A stretch of 64,000 nucleotides of DNA from Mycobacteriales bacterium. Its GTDB lineage: Bacteria; Actinomycetota; Actinomycetes; Mycobacteriales; Mycobacteriaceae. The stretch is from contig JAHABL010000001.1 of assembly GCA_018376445.1 (NCBI GenBank), positions 278,111-342,110 of the forward strand, read 5' to 3'. The position numbers and the translations under genes were made by a program. This document shows positions 51,869 to 62,744 of the stretch, piece after piece; position 1 is the first letter of the stretch, and the number at the start of each line of letters is the position of its first letter. The notes below the pieces were generated by a model that was given only the letters and a program-made list of their open reading frames with translations, made no database searches and had not been told where the DNA came from.

Positions 51869-52777
51869 ATGGTTTCCAGTGCCGTGGGCGACAAAACTGC
51901 ACCTATTGGTGTGTTTGATTCGGGCGTGGGGGGTCTGACCGTGGCGCGTGCCATTATTGACCAGCTGCCCCAGGAACGCATTCTTTTTGTCGGTGACGGT
52001 GCACACGGCCCCTATGGGAACCAGACGATGGAGGCGGTACGTGGACATGCGGTAGCTATCGGCGACTACTTGGTCGAACAAGGCTGTAAGGCGCTTGTCA
52101 TCGCCTGCAACACCGCTACTGCTGCTGCCTATCAGACGTTCCAGGACCGTTACGATGTCCCGGTGGTGCAGGTGATCAGTCCGGCAGTACGTACGGCGGT
52201 GGCGACGACGCGTACCGGCCGAGTCGGTGTTATTGCCACACAGGCTACCGTGGACTCTGGTGCCTATGAGCGGGAGTTTGCGCGTGTGAGCGGTCAACAG
52301 GTAGAGAACGGGCCTCGGGTGACGGTCTCGAGTGTAGCCTGCCCGCGTTTCGTTGATTTTATTGAGCGGGGGATTACGACTGGTCGACAAGTGCTGGGTT
52401 TAGCGGAAGGATACTTGTCTCCTCTGCAAGAGGTGGGAGTGGATACGCTAGTGTTGGGCTGTACGCACTATCCGTTGCTGTCTGGCATCATCCAGATGGC
52501 GGTGGGGCGAAATGTCACGTTGATTAACTCTGCTGAGGAGACGGCGAAAGATTTGGTTCGGTTGTTGACTGAACAAGATATGTTGGCGCCGGGCGAACCA
52601 GATGGGGAGGGTGCCACTGTTGATGCGGCGGGTGTGACGGATGCAGCGGACATAGCTGAACCGCTGAGGCGTTTTGAGACGACGGGTGATCCGGTTTTAT
52701 TCGAGCGGCTTGCACATCGTTTTTTGGGGCCTGTAGTGGGGTCGGTTGCCGCTACTCGGCTGCTAGCGGAGGAGTAG
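51869..52777 (+). CDS. murI: Glutamate racemase.
   Basis: [13 protein letters not shown] motif and CNTA and GCTHYP catalytic Cys motifs. Confidence 0.9.
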   Translation: MVSSAVGDKTAPIGVFDSGVGGLTVARAIIDQLPQERILFVGDGAHGPYGNQTMEAVRGHAVAIGDYLVEQGCKALVIACNTATAAAYQTFQDRYDVPVVQVISPAVRTAVATTRTGRVGVIATQATVDSGAYEREFARVSGQQVENGPRVTVSSVACPRFVDFIERGITTGRQVLGLAEGYLSPLQEVGVDTLVLGCTHYPLLSGIIQMAVGRNVTLINSAEETAKDLVRLLTEQDMLAPGEPDGEGATVDAAGVTDAADIAEPLRRFETTGDPVLFERLAHRFLGPVVGSVAATRLLAEE

Positions 52778-52942
52778 CGGCTCTCTCTGAAATGCCCTAG
52801 AGCTGCAGAATTTCGCCAAGTGGAGACATGTTTTCATTTTTTGAGCGAAACGTGTTGAATTCCTCACACCCCACAGCAGTTGTGCAATTTTGTCTCCACT
52901 TCCGGTGTCACAAATAGCAAGAAAAACTGACACCATAGAACC

Positions 52943-53704
52943 ATGCGATTAACTGTTGTTGGATGTTCGGGAAGTGTGGTGGGTGCTCACACACCTGCCT
53001 CCTGCTACCTCCTGCAGTCCGCAACGCACCGTCCCATCATTATGGATATCGGTAATGGTTCCATGGGGGGCTTGCAAGACCTTGTCGACCCTAGCGACTG
53101 CGACCTCGTCCTGTCGCACCTGCACCCCGACCATATCGCCGACATCTCCAGTCTTATCGTGTGGCGTCGCTACTCTCACAAATCCACTAATACTCCGGCG
53201 ACGGTGTTAGGACCTTCCACCTTCCTCGAGAAAGTGGGGGAATGGTTTGCGGACGATTACGGGACGCGTCACGACCTCACCGATACGTTTGATTTCCACC
53301 CATGGGATCTCGCCGCACCCCAGAGTCTTGGCGGCTTCACATTCCAGGCTTTTCGTGCCGACCATCCGGGTGAAGCATATTGTATGCGGGTGAAAGAGGA
53401 CTCTACTGGTGCGACGTTCTGTTTCTCCGGTGATACGGGCCCAGCTAACGGCATTCACTCAGCAAGTGCTGGTGTTGACGTATTCCTCTGCGAGGCCACC
53501 TGGACGACTCAGCCGCATCTGCCGGAACATATGCACATGACGGGTGCACTGGCGGGAGAGCTCGCTACTGAGAATAGCGTGGGGCGACTGCTCCTTACCC
53601 ATGTGTCGCCATGGACGGACAGGGAGGCCGTGTTGGCGGAAGCGCGGGCAGCGACCACGGTGCCCGTTGAGCTGGTAACTCCGCGGGCGGTTTATGAGTG
53701 GTAG
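52943..53704 (+). CDS. MBL-fold metallo-hydrolase.
   Basis: HxHxDH motif (LSHLHPDHIAD). Conserved position between murI and rph. Confidence 0.75.
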   Translation: MRLTVVGCSGSVVGAHTPASCYLLQSATHRPIIMDIGNGSMGGLQDLVDPSDCDLVLSHLHPDHIADISSLIVWRRYSHKSTNTPATVLGPSTFLEKVGEWFADDYGTRHDLTDTFDFHPWDLAAPQSLGGFTFQAFRADHPGEAYCMRVKEDSTGATFCFSGDTGPANGIHSASAGVDVFLCEATWTTQPHLPEHMHMTGALAGELATENSVGRLLLTHVSPWTDREAVLAEARAATTVPVELVTPRAVYEW

Positions 53705-53716
53705 TAGGCTCTAGGT

Positions 53717-54496
53717 GTGTCTACTACTGTGAATTCTCGCGCCGATGGGCGCGCTGTTGATGAACTCCGTCCTGTCTCTATCCAGCGTGGTTTTACGCAG
53801 AATCCGGCAGGCTCTGTGCTGATTTCGATGGGGAACACCCGTGTGATGTGCACGGCTTCCGTCACCAAGGGGGTGCCACGTTGGCGTATGGGCTCCGGTT
53901 TGGGATGGGTGACGGCGGAATACTCGATGCTGCCGGCGTCTACGAATGAGCGGTCGCAGCGCGAGTCCACGCGTGGCAAGGTGGGCGGTCGTACCCACGA
54001 GATTTCTCGCCTTATTGGTCGGTCGCTCCGCGCCTGTATCGATCTGTCCGCGCTGGGGGAGAATACTATCGCGTTGGACTGCGACGTCCTGCAGGCGGAT
54101 GGGGGTACGCGTACCGCCTCTATTACTGGTGCATATGTGGCATTGGCGGATGCCGTCACCTACCTGTCTTCGCATGGGCTCATTGCTAAGGGAAGCCCGT
54201 TGAAGACCAGCATTGCCGCAATTTCGGTGGGAGTTATTGACGGTGAGGTGCGGTTGGATCTTCCGTATGAGGAGGACTCCCGCGCTGAGGTCGACATGAA
54301 TGTTATCTGCACTGGCGATGGTCGGCTGGTTGAAGTGCAGGGGACGGCTGAAGGCGAGCCGTTCGATCGGGCAGTGATGGATAGTCTGCTCGATATGGGA
54401 CAGCTGGGCTGTGTTGAGCTCGGCAAAGTGCAAGAGGATGTGTTGGCGGCGCCCTATCCGTTCCCTGCGAAATTGGGCCGCGGCGCATACGCTTAG
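53717..54496 (+). CDS. rph: Ribonuclease PH.
   Basis: [14 protein letters not shown] and [18 protein letters not shown] motifs. Confidence 0.9.
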   Translation: MSTTVNSRADGRAVDELRPVSIQRGFTQNPAGSVLISMGNTRVMCTASVTKGVPRWRMGSGLGWVTAEYSMLPASTNERSQRESTRGKVGGRTHEISRLIGRSLRACIDLSALGENTIALDCDVLQADGGTRTASITGAYVALADAVTYLSSHGLIAKGSPLKTSIAAISVGVIDGEVRLDLPYEEDSRAEVDMNVICTGDGRLVEVQGTAEGEPFDRAVMDSLLDMGQLGCVELGKVQEDVLAAPYPFPAKLGRGAYA

Positions 54497-54561
54497 GCTG
54501 AGTGGTGGCTGCATTCGTCGGGAGTGCAGCACTATCTGCATCCCTATTATCAGGAGAAACT

Positions 54562-55236
54562 ATGAAACTGCTTGTTGCCTCCCGCAATGCGAAAAAACTT
54601 GCGGAACTCAAGCGTGTGCTTGCTGCTGCTGATCTCGCCAGTATCGAGGTGGTGGGGCTAGATGCGGTGGAGGACTTCCCCGAGACTCCCGAAACCGGGG
54701 CGACATTTGCGGAGAATTCTCTCATTAAAGCCCGGGACGGTGCTGCTCATTCCGGTTGGGTGACGGTCGCTGACGACTCTGGGTTGGCGGTGGATGCGCT
54801 GCATGGAATGCCGGGGGTGCTTTCTGCCCGCTGGTGTGGTGAGCATGGGCGCGACCAGGACAACCTAGAACTTGTGTTAGCGCAGTTGCGGGATGTTCCC
54901 GAGGAACGCCGCGGGGCAGCGTTTGTTTCTGCAGTGGCCATCGTTGTTCCAGAATCGTTTGCGACGTCCACGGAGTTGGCAGAACGCGAGCTCGCGCGAG
55001 AGATGGTGGTGGAAGGAGAGTGGCGGGGCGTGCTGACGTCTGCGCCGCGTGGCGAGAACGGTTTCGGCTACGATCCGATTTTCCAGCCCTTGGATGCAGA
55101 TGGCCGGACTTCCGCCGAACTGTCGGCTCAGGAGAAGGACACGCGTTCGCACCGTGGCCAGGCTCTCCGAGCAGCGGTGCCGCTTTTTAGGGCTCTTGCG
55201 CAGCTGGAGGCCGATTCTGCAGCTGCTTGCGGCTAG
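54562..55236 (+). CDS. rdgB: dITP/XTP pyrophosphatase (Ham1/RdgB).
   Basis: LLVASRNAKKLAE and FGYDPIF motifs. Start at ATG 54562 with RBS aggaga. Confidence 0.85.
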   Translation: MKLLVASRNAKKLAELKRVLAAADLASIEVVGLDAVEDFPETPETGATFAENSLIKARDGAAHSGWVTVADDSGLAVDALHGMPGVLSARWCGEHGRDQDNLELVLAQLRDVPEERRGAAFVSAVAIVVPESFATSTELAERELAREMVVEGEWRGVLTSAPRGENGFGYDPIFQPLDADGRTSAELSAQEKDTRSHRGQALRAAVPLFRALAQLEADSAAACG

Positions 55237-55373
55237 CTGCTACTACTGAGGTTGTGGCTGCGAGCTTCTGATCACTGCTGTGGATTGCTGATGTCGTGGC
55301 TAGCATTTGGCTGCCAGGTTGGCGTGAAGGCTGGTGTGAACTGTAGAGTATGAGAGTCCTGCTTACAGGGCTT

Positions 55374-55454
55374 GCGCGAGTGGCGGAATTGGCAGACGCG
55401 CTAGATTTAGGTTCTAGTGTCTATGACGTGCGGGTTCAAGTCCCGCCTCGCGCA
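55374..55454 (+). tRNA. tRNA-Leu (anticodon TAG).
   Basis: Acceptor stem GCGCGAG/CTCGCGC. Anticodon loop TTTAGGT. Long variable arm. T-loop TTCAAGT. Confidence 0.85.
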
Positions 55455-55458
55455 CAAG

Positions 55459-55489
55459 AATCCCCGGAAGCTTGGCTTCCGGGGATTAA
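55459..55489 (+). terminator. Hairpin after tRNA-Leu, bidirectional with bcp.
   Basis: AATCCCCGGAAGC-TTGG-CTTCCGGGGATT. Confidence 0.6.
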
Positions 55490-55494
55490 TTACT

Positions 55495-55983
55495 TTAGAC
55501 GCCGAGTTCGGTAATGATGCGTGCTACGTGACCAGTAGCTTTGACGTTGTATTTTGCTAGGGCAATGGTGCCGTCTGCATCCACGAGGAAGGTGGAGCGG
55601 ATGACGCCTTGGACGATTTTGCCGTAGTTTTTCTTTTCGCCAAATGCACCCCACTCTTTCATGACGGCTTTGTCAGGGTCGGAGAGAAGGGGGAAGGTTA
55701 GCTCATATTTGTCGCGGAAGGCAGCAAGTTTTTCCGGCTTATCGGGAGAAATGGCAATAACGTCAATTCCGGCGTCGTTCAGTTGGGCGAGGTTGTCGCG
55801 GAAGTCACAGGCTTCTTTGGTGCATCCGGGAGTGTTAGCGCGCGGGTAGAAGTAGACGATAAGGCGTTTACCTGCGTAATCGGAGAGGCTGACGGTGTTG
55901 TTGTGGTCGTCGGTGAGGGCGAAGGCGGGTGCGGTGTCACCTTCGGAGAGGCGGGCCTTGTCGTTGGTGGTTTCTGTGCTCAT
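55495..55983 (-). CDS. bcp: Thiol peroxidase / peroxiredoxin (Bcp-type).
   Basis: FYPRANTPGCTKEAC peroxidatic Cys motif. Confidence 0.85.
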   Translation of the reverse strand: MSTETTNDKARLSEGDTAPAFALTDDHNNTVSLSDYAGKRLIVYFYPRANTPGCTKEACDFRDNLAQLNDAGIDVIAISPDKPEKLAAFRDKYELTFPLLSDPDKAVMKEWGAFGEKKNYGKIVQGVIRSTFLVDADGTIALAKYNVKATGHVARIITELGV

Positions 55984-56097
55984 AGTGACAGAGTAGCGAC
56001 TTTCCGTCGATTCATCGGAGATTGGGCGTTATTGCAGTACTCTAGAGGAGAAACACTTCTCGGAGTGCGTACGTGAAAAACTTTGCTGGAGGACATT

Positions 56098-56325
56098 ATG
56101 GCCCAGGACTTCGAAGCTATTGAGCTGAACATTGCCGTCGCTCGCGATAACCTTGCCGCAACTCTTGATGAGATTGCCGACCGCGTTAATCCCACCAATG
56201 TCGTGGAGAAGGGCAAGGTTGCTGCTCAGGATGCGCTGCAAAAGGTCGAGGTTCAGATTGCGCTGGGTATCGCTGCTGCCGTCATTCTCGGTACGCTGGT
56301 GATCCGTCTCGCTCGTCGCAAGTAA
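56098..56325 (+). CDS. DUF3618-like small membrane-anchored protein.
   Basis: N-terminal coiled region followed by a C-terminal transmembrane helix. RBS ggagga. Confidence 0.5.
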   Translation: MAQDFEAIELNIAVARDNLAATLDEIADRVNPTNVVEKGKVAAQDALQKVEVQIALGIAAAVILGTLVIRLARRK

Positions 56326-56388
56326 TCCGCGGTCGTTCTAGCCTTCAGATGTCAACGGCTAGTGCGAGATCTCATCATTAACAGATAA

Positions 56389-56425
56389 ACGAAGCGCCCA
56401 CACTCTCTGGTGGGCGCTTCTTTAT
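56389..56425. terminator. Bidirectional terminator hairpin.
   Basis: AAGCGCCCACACTCTCTGGTGGGCGCTT followed by a T-run. Confidence 0.6.
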
Positions 56426-56443
56426 TGCTTTCGTGGGGGTAGG

Positions 56444-57601
56444 TTAGTCGGTTTTTGCGTTACCGGCTTTCCATTCGGACCAGGGGATGTTCCAGTCTCC
56501 AAGGCCTTCGTTTCCTTGTAGAGTGGGGCCCTTAGAGTTTTTAACGGTTACAGGGTCGCCAGCTTTGAGGTTCCTGTATACCCATTCCCCGTTGGAGACG
56601 GAGACGTTGAGACAGCCATGGCTGGTGTTACTGGAGCCTTGTGCCCACACAGACCAGGGGGCAGCGTGGATGAAGATGCCGCTGTAGGACATGCGGGTAG
56701 CCCAGGAGACTTGGGTCTTGTACCCCTCTGGGGAATTGATCGGCACGCCGTAGGTGGAGGAGTCCATCACCATGGATTCGTGCTTGTCGCCGATATAGTA
56801 GATGCCGTTCGGGGTGGGGTGAAGGTCGGTTCCCATGGAGATCGGGATGGTCTTGATGAGCTTGCCGTTCTTCTTGATGACAAGCTGGTGGGTGTGGTCG
56901 TCGGCGAAGCCTTCCACGCGGTCCCCGATGGTGAAGGTGGAGCGGACGTCTTTTTGACCGTAGAGCCCTTTACCGAGGTCGTGACCATAGCACTTGACGT
57001 GGACATTGATTGTGGTTCCGGGCTTCCAGAAGTGCTCCCCGCGCCAGCGTACCTCGGTGTTGCTCACCCAGAAGAAGGCACCCTCCACGGCTGGAGTGGT
57101 CTTGATGTGGATGCAGTCTTGGGCTGCTTGACGGTCTCCGATGGGTTCATCGAATTTGATGGCGACGGGCTGGGCGATGCCAACGACCGCTCCGTCAAGG
57201 GGGTAGGCCCACGGCATGGTGAGGTTGTCGGGTTTGACGGTGCGGAAGCTGCGCTGGAAGTTGAAGCGTTTGCCGTCCTTCGTGGCGAAGGACTTGATGG
57301 TGTAGGTCTGGTCGTATCCAAGTGGTTCGGTGCTCGACCACTGGTTTCCGTCTTTAGTGCCCTTCACGGTTTTGCCGGTTTCGTCATTAATGAGTTTGAC
57401 GGATCCGAGGGTGCCGCTGGTGGCTTGAACAAGGACGGGGGAGATGACGTTGACGTTGGTGGCGGCTTCTCCCACAGATGCCTTAATAGACGGCAGGCTG
57501 CTAGCTTGCTGCGTGTCTTGGCAGCCGGATAGGCCGACTACCAGAGCAGTTGCTGCGGCGAGGGCTGCGAGAGCCGAGCTACGTCGAGCAGGACGACGCA
57601 T
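56444..57601 (-). CDS. L,D-transpeptidase lipoprotein (YkuD domain, LdtMt2-like).
   Basis: Lipobox LSGC. Catalytic SHGCLNV motif. Ig-like N-terminal domains. Confidence 0.85.
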   Translation of the reverse strand: MRRPARRSSALAALAAATALVVGLSGCQDTQQASSLPSIKASVGEAATNVNVISPVLVQATSGTLGSVKLINDETGKTVKGTKDGNQWSSTEPLGYDQTYTIKSFATKDGKRFNFQRSFRTVKPDNLTMPWAYPLDGAVVGIAQPVAIKFDEPIGDRQAAQDCIHIKTTPAVEGAFFWVSNTEVRWRGEHFWKPGTTINVHVKCYGHDLGKGLYGQKDVRSTFTIGDRVEGFADDHTHQLVIKKNGKLIKTIPISMGTDLHPTPNGIYYIGDKHESMVMDSSTYGVPINSPEGYKTQVSWATRMSYSGIFIHAAPWSVWAQGSSNTSHGCLNVSVSNGEWVYRNLKAGDPVTVKNSKGPTLQGNEGLGDWNIPWSEWKAGNAKTD

Positions 57602-57911
57602 ATGGAACCTCCGAAAGCAAAAAATAATGTGCGAGTAGTTGGTGATTGGGGTGTACTCGCACGGCCTGGCTGCGTCTTTTGTGTCGTCTGACGCGGCTGG
57701 CCGGTGGGGTCACTCACTGTAATTATGGTGAGCTTCGCTTCATTTGTAACAGTACCGAAGGAAGCAGTGTTGTACCTACTGGGGACGCTGGGTGAGGGCG
57801 CTTGCTTACTATGGGCGAAACGCCCTTCGTGACGGGTGATGACCTCATCGTTCACAGTGTGACACCAAGTAGGAACGTGACAGATGTCAGTCTACTGACG
57901 GGGTGTAATAA

Positions 57912-57950
57912 GAAAAAACTCCCGAACGTACCTGGGTACGTTCGGGAGTG
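57912..57950. terminator. Hairpin downstream of the 58003..59106 gene.
   Basis: AAAAAACTCCCGAACGTACC-TGGG-TACGTTCGGGAGT. Confidence 0.55.
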
Positions 57951-58002
57951 GGTGGTTGTTAGGCTGTGTGAGGGCGTGCCTCACTATGTGGAGACGCGTG
58001 GC

Positions 58003-59106
58003 TTATGAGGGTGTGCTGGGCGGTGCTCCTTGTAGAGATGGGGGTTGGAGGTTGCGGGTTTTGGCATGGCGGGCAGCGTCGTCCCATGGCAGGTCGTAGC
58101 CTAATTCAGCGGGTGTGCGTCCGGCACGGGCAGCGATAAGCTCCTTGTCTTCATCGCTTGCGTTTGTGGCGATGATGGCGGTGTTGTCTGGGGTGTCGGG
58201 GTAGACCTCCTGGGTGAAGGGGTTACGACGGAACTTCGCGATCCGGTATACGTGGTATACAGCTACCGCGATGTTGACGAGCAATGCCACGAGTGAGACG
58301 AGGAATAGCGCGGTCTCGTTATGGGAGGAGCGATGCGCGAACATCGACGTATGCATGAAGGCCGGGAAGGTGAGGACGACGGCCGACCAGAAAGTGAGTG
58401 TGTAGGCCCGGTATTGGATCCAGGAGCCGCGTGCGAACTTGAAGATGACTGGGATGGTGCAGGACAGCAGTAGAGCGAGTCCGGAGTACCAGGCGCGGTC
58501 TGCCAGGCAGTTGTAGACGTAGGCGAAGTTCCAGAAGTCGTAGGCAATAATCCACCAGATTGTCAGATCGCCCCAGATGATGGCCTTCTCTTTGTTCTTG
58601 GAGACGAATATTCCGACCCAGCCGGAGATCATGAGGAAATTGAGAATTCCGGCAATGCCGTTCATGATGTTCCAGGGGCCGCCGAGTGTCACCATTCCTT
58701 GGGCGGGGTCGATTCCGTAGATGCTGTAGCACTGGAAGTCTCGGACCACAGCTTCCAGAATGTTAATCGTCAAGATAATTGGCGGAATGCAGAGATACCA
58801 GTATTTATGTCGGAGTTTGGGGAAGTACTGCAACGCCACTAGGGAGAGGCTTCCCAGGAGCGCTGAATACTGCTTGACGATGGGGAACCACCCGGCTGAG
58901 TTGGTTCCTTCGGTGGAGTGTGGCCACCAGAAGATGGTGAGGAGAATCGGGATGACGATGAACACGGCAATGGCTACCCATTTGTAGCGTTGTGCGAGGT
59001 AGGCGGCTACCGCGAGAGCGGCAATCACCACGAGTAGCATGACGTAGTCCCACCATTCGCCGCGCTCAAAGAAGAAGAGGGTGGGGTAGTCGACGTGGTA
59101 GCTCAT
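58003..59106 (-). CDS. Polytopic membrane protein, paralogue A of the pair.
   Basis: Eight to ten transmembrane segments. Shares conserved blocks with 60386..61873 (W.IIAYD.WN.AY.YN.LAD..WY..LALLL.CTIP). The stop overlaps the upstream gene start. Confidence 0.6.
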   Translation of the reverse strand: MSYHVDYPTLFFFERGEWWDYVMLLVVIAALAVAAYLAQRYKWVAIAVFIVIPILLTIFWWPHSTEGTNSAGWFPIVKQYSALLGSLSLVALQYFPKLRHKYWYLCIPPIILTINILEAVVRDFQCYSIYGIDPAQGMVTLGGPWNIMNGIAGILNFLMISGWVGIFVSKNKEKAIIWGDLTIWWIIAYDFWNFAYVYNCLADRAWYSGLALLLSCTIPVIFKFARGSWIQYRAYTLTFWSAVVLTFPAFMHTSMFAHRSSHNETALFLVSLVALLVNIAVAVYHVYRIAKFRRNPFTQEVYPDTPDNTAIIATNASDEDKELIAARAGRTPAELGYDLPWDDAARHAKTRNLQPPSLQGAPPSTPS

Positions 59107-60143
59107 TGTTCTTTACCCCAATTCGGTAGGTAGGTTTTTTCTTTCTTCTGGCGCATTTGTTCTTCCCAGGAGAAGACGGGTTCTTTCCAACCGACGTAAT
59201 AGTTAGAGTCGACGGTGGTTGCCCAGGGGCTGTCGGCATCGGTGGGTGGCCAATTGGGGTTGTCGGTGACGGGTTCACGGAAGTCGGTGACGGCGGGTCG
59301 CTGGCGCCCATAGCGGAACCATTGGGTGTACGTTTCTTCGAAGAAGGGGGTGTTGTCCCAGCGGCCGGCGGGCGTGTCGGAGTGGAAGAACCGGCCTCCT
59401 AGCATTCCGCGCATTAAGCGACCGGTGAATTGTTGCTTTTTGCGGAATTCAACGGTGCGTTTGATGTAGAGGTTTTGTAGATGGGCCATGCAGCCACCGA
59501 CAAAATCGATCTGCATCCAGTTGATGAACCAGGTCCATAGGTTGTCGGGCTCGTAGGCGACGCGCCAGTGGTTGAGAAGTCTAGTCTTCCCGTTTTTCAG
59601 GGGTACAAGGTAGAAGCACCAGGCGGCGGCGTAGTGCTTCATACCCGGGTAGCGGAAGGCGTAGCTACCGGGAGCGGCGGGCGGATGTTTGGTGTCGACC
59701 CATTCGATGAGGTACTTGCCGGGGACAACGTCTGTCCATTCCATGGTCATGCCGTGAAAGTCAAAGGTCGCGACGTCACCGGGCATGAGGGAGTCGGGCT
59801 GCTGCCATTCTTCTTGAATCTCGTAGGAGTTGAAGAAGGGGAGTCGGGCGAAGGCTCGTTCGAGGAATTCAGAGCTGTAGGATCCGCCTTTGTCGGCGCC
59901 GATTTGTTTGAGGATGCGGTAGACCGCGTAGGCGGGGGCGTCGATGTCGATGGCGTAGGTGGAAGATCGGCCGTTGGTGTAGTTGCGGTCGATAAGGTCG
60001 TCACCAGGATAGGTCCAGGTATTTTCAGCTTTGGTGGCTTTGCCCGTCAATTGGCTGAACACCGTCATGAAGGAGGCGATGCCGGCGGCCGCCCCGCTGG
60101 CGCCTATGCTGAGTGCCTTCCACTTATGAGATGAGGCGCACAT
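59103..60143 (-). CDS. Hypothetical membrane-anchored protein with an SRPBCC (START/Bet v1)-like domain.
   Basis: N-terminal hydrophobic anchor followed by YAIDIDAPAYAVYRIL...GDVATFDFHGMTMEWTDVVPGKYLIEWVD. Co-operonic with paralogue A. Confidence 0.45.
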   Translation of the reverse strand: MCASSHKWKALSIGASGAAAGIASFMTVFSQLTGKATKAENTWTYPGDDLIDRNYTNGRSSTYAIDIDAPAYAVYRILKQIGADKGGSYSSEFLERAFARLPFFNSYEIQEEWQQPDSLMPGDVATFDFHGMTMEWTDVVPGKYLIEWVDTKHPPAAPGSYAFRYPGMKHYAAAWCFYLVPLKNGKTRLLNHWRVAYEPDNLWTWFINWMQIDFVGGCMAHLQNLYIKRTVEFRKKQQFTGRLMRGMLGGRFFHSDTPAGRWDNTPFFEETYTQWFRYGRQRPAVTDFREPVTDNPNWPPTDADSPWATTVDSNYYVGWKEPVFSWEEQMRQKKEKTYLPNWGKEQ

Positions 60144-60385
60144 GCCTACTCCTTTCTAGAGAAGTGGAGACAATATGTGAAAAAATCCTAAGTATCCTCG
60201 CGCCAGGTTATTGTTGCCCTTTTCACCTGGAGATTTGCGTCGATACCCGGGATTTAATGTAACGTCCTGAGATGGTATTTACGTCGAATTGAACAGTGAT
60301 TTAGATCATGTTCATTTTCTATTTCTCAGAAGTTTATTAGTTGTAATTTGAGCGGTAGCGACCCACGAGAGCTGCCTTCCTCGCA

Positions 60386-61873
60386 GTGCTCCCAGGGCTC
60401 CTCTTGCGCGGCCGATCATCCCTTCAAACCGTCATCACAATGGCAGGAGGTCGGACTGTGGATTCACTCTTCTTCTGGGAAGTGGGCCCTCTCCGCGTCT
60501 ACATCATCTGGATTGTGGTCTTCGCGGCGCAGATTCTCATTGCGGAGATTAATCGGCGTTGGAACTGGACCATTTTTGTTCTTTGGACCGGTATTGGCAT
60601 CATCATGATGCCTTTCGCTATCAAACAAGGTATCCCCATTCTGGGATGGTTCCCCTTTGCTAAGTACACGCTCATGGTGCTTACGGCTACTCTTACGGGA
60701 GCGATTCTTGTATACGCCAAACGTCATCCGGAGTCAGCGCACCGCAACGTGATCTGGATTGGCGTCATTCTGTGGGCGTGCCTCGTGCTTAACATTATGG
60801 AGGCTAACGTCCGCGACGTTCTTATCTACGTCAATAGGGATGCGTACTATGCATGTGCGGCAAACTGGCACTGTCTCGCCAATATCAACGCCACCCACGG
60901 TGCCGATATGTTGAACGGTCTGCCCGAGTCGCGAGGTATTAGCGCTGCAGTGGGCTCAGACGCCTGGTATCAGGCGCTGGCACACAACTTTGCAGCGCGG
61001 CATGTGGGTATTGACCCAGAGACTGGCTTCCGGACCATCGGCGGTTCGTGGAACCTCATTACAGCGGTTGCTGGGCTATTGAACTGCATTACCGTGACAG
61101 GTCTGGGCAAGATCATGATCACGAGCAACAAAAAGCAGAAAGTACGTGGCATTATTTGGATTGACCAAGTGTGGCCGTGGATTATCGCCTACGACTTGTG
61201 GAACCATGCCTACCTCTATAACTCGCTGGCAGACTACACCTGGTATTGCACGCTAGCACTGCTGCTTGCCTGCACCATTCCTGCGTTCACTTGGGCCAAG
61301 GGGCAGTGGATTTGGTTCCGCTGCTTCACCCTCATGTTCTGGATTGCCTTCTACAATTGGGTACCCAGCTTGTCGGCACCGCCAAGCAAGATGTCCCAAT
61401 ATGCTACCATGGATCCCAACGCGAACCTTGTGTGTGCGTGGGCGGCGCTTATCTTCAACGTGGGCGTGTTCATCTACTGGCTGTACAAGATCATTAAGTA
61501 CAAGCGGAATCCGATTACCAACGCGCTCTTCTTCGAGTTGGGTGAGTTCCGGAAGACCGTCAATGAGCACTTTGATGACAAAGACAAGTACTTCCTGACG
61601 GATATGGTTCCGGAAACACCTGCCGAACTTGGGTTCGAGCCAGAGACCCCGACACCACCGGTCGATGGGTACGTGACTCACCACTTCTGGTGGGGGAAGA
61701 AGGACAAACGGTATCCGAAACTGCGCACGCCGCTAACTGCAGATCCTGTGTTGGTGGCGAAGGGCGTGGTACCTGATCCGCAGTGGGATGTGACGTTATC
61801 GCTAGATGCTGCGGAGACGTCCGCGAAAAATGAGGCAACGTCGGTACCTATACAGGAAGGAGGTAAGCAGTAG
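60386..61873 (+). CDS. Polytopic membrane protein, paralogue B, divergently transcribed.
   Basis: See 58003..59106. The start may be the ATG at 60440. Confidence 0.6.
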   Translation: MLPGLLLRGRSSLQTVITMAGGRTVDSLFFWEVGPLRVYIIWIVVFAAQILIAEINRRWNWTIFVLWTGIGIIMMPFAIKQGIPILGWFPFAKYTLMVLTATLTGAILVYAKRHPESAHRNVIWIGVILWACLVLNIMEANVRDVLIYVNRDAYYACAANWHCLANINATHGADMLNGLPESRGISAAVGSDAWYQALAHNFAARHVGIDPETGFRTIGGSWNLITAVAGLLNCITVTGLGKIMITSNKKQKVRGIIWIDQVWPWIIAYDLWNHAYLYNSLADYTWYCTLALLLACTIPAFTWAKGQWIWFRCFTLMFWIAFYNWVPSLSAPPSKMSQYATMDPNANLVCAWAALIFNVGVFIYWLYKIIKYKRNPITNALFFELGEFRKTVNEHFDDKDKYFLTDMVPETPAELGFEPETPTPPVDGYVTHHFWWGKKDKRYPKLRTPLTADPVLVAKGVVPDPQWDVTLSLDAAETSAKNEATSVPIQEGGKQ

Positions 61874-61934
61874 AGACTACTCAAGGGAATGGCAAAGGTC
61901 CCGGCTAGCTAAGCTAACCGGGACCTTCTCTGTG

Positions 61935-62007
<73 letters not shown>

Positions 62008-62196
62008 ATGTTCTGTTGCGATGCGCGGGTGCGCTGTGCAACAGAGAAAACTTTATAACGTTCTTTTCCGAGAAACAAATTGCCTGGTAAGAAAGGGTAA
62101 ATAAGTAATACTCTGGGTGGCACGCACAAAGAGAACGAGGGTTAGGGGGAGTATGCACTCCGTCTCAACCCTCGTCGTCAGTGTGGGAGAAGAAGA

Positions 62197-62424
62197 TTAC
62201 TTCTTCAGGCCGTCGATAAGGCCCTTGGCCTTGTCGGCAACTTCGCCTGCCTTTTCAGAAGCGGCGTCCTTGGCGTCAGCGAGGGCGTCCTTGGCAGAAG
62301 CGGTAGCCTGGTTAACCTTACCTTCGGTCTTAAGTTGCTCGTCGCCAGTAGCCTCTCCGAGGCCTTCCTTGGCCTTGCCGGCTACGTCTTGTGCGGTGTT
62401 CTTGATCTTATCTTCGAGAGACAT
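62197..62424 (-). CDS. CsbD-family general stress protein.
   Basis: MSLEDKIKN..GKAKEGLGEATGDEQLKTEGK repeats. Start at MSLEDK. Confidence 0.75.
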   Translation of the reverse strand: MSLEDKIKNTAQDVAGKAKEGLGEATGDEQLKTEGKVNQATASAKDALADAKDAASEKAGEVADKAKGLIDGLKK

Positions 62425-62620
62425 GGGGGTCCTTTCCTTTTTTATAAGGTTCACGCGGAGCGTGCCTGGCATGCTGTGTTTAATTTCAGCCTAACAAAGA
62501 TTTTTCAATAAGGTAAGGAAAATTAGATAAGTATAATTAATCAATCAAGGAAATGGCAGGCCAAACACATAAAATCACTGTGCGCGAAAAGACCCCCGTA
62601 CCTTTGTACGGGGGTCTTTA

Positions 62621-62697
62621 TGGGGTGAGTGACGAGACTCGAACTCGCGACAGCCAGGATCACAACCTGGTGCTCTACCAACTGAACTACACTCACC
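62621..62697 (-). tRNA. tRNA-His (anticodon GTG) with G-1 and an encoded CCA.
   Basis: Anticodon loop TTGTGAT. Extra 5' G. A downstream hairpin at 62591-62620 acts as terminator. Confidence 0.9.
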
Positions 62698-62744
62698 AAG
62701 AGTGCTGCTTGTGGCAGCAAGCTAATAGTAGCGGAGAATGACGA

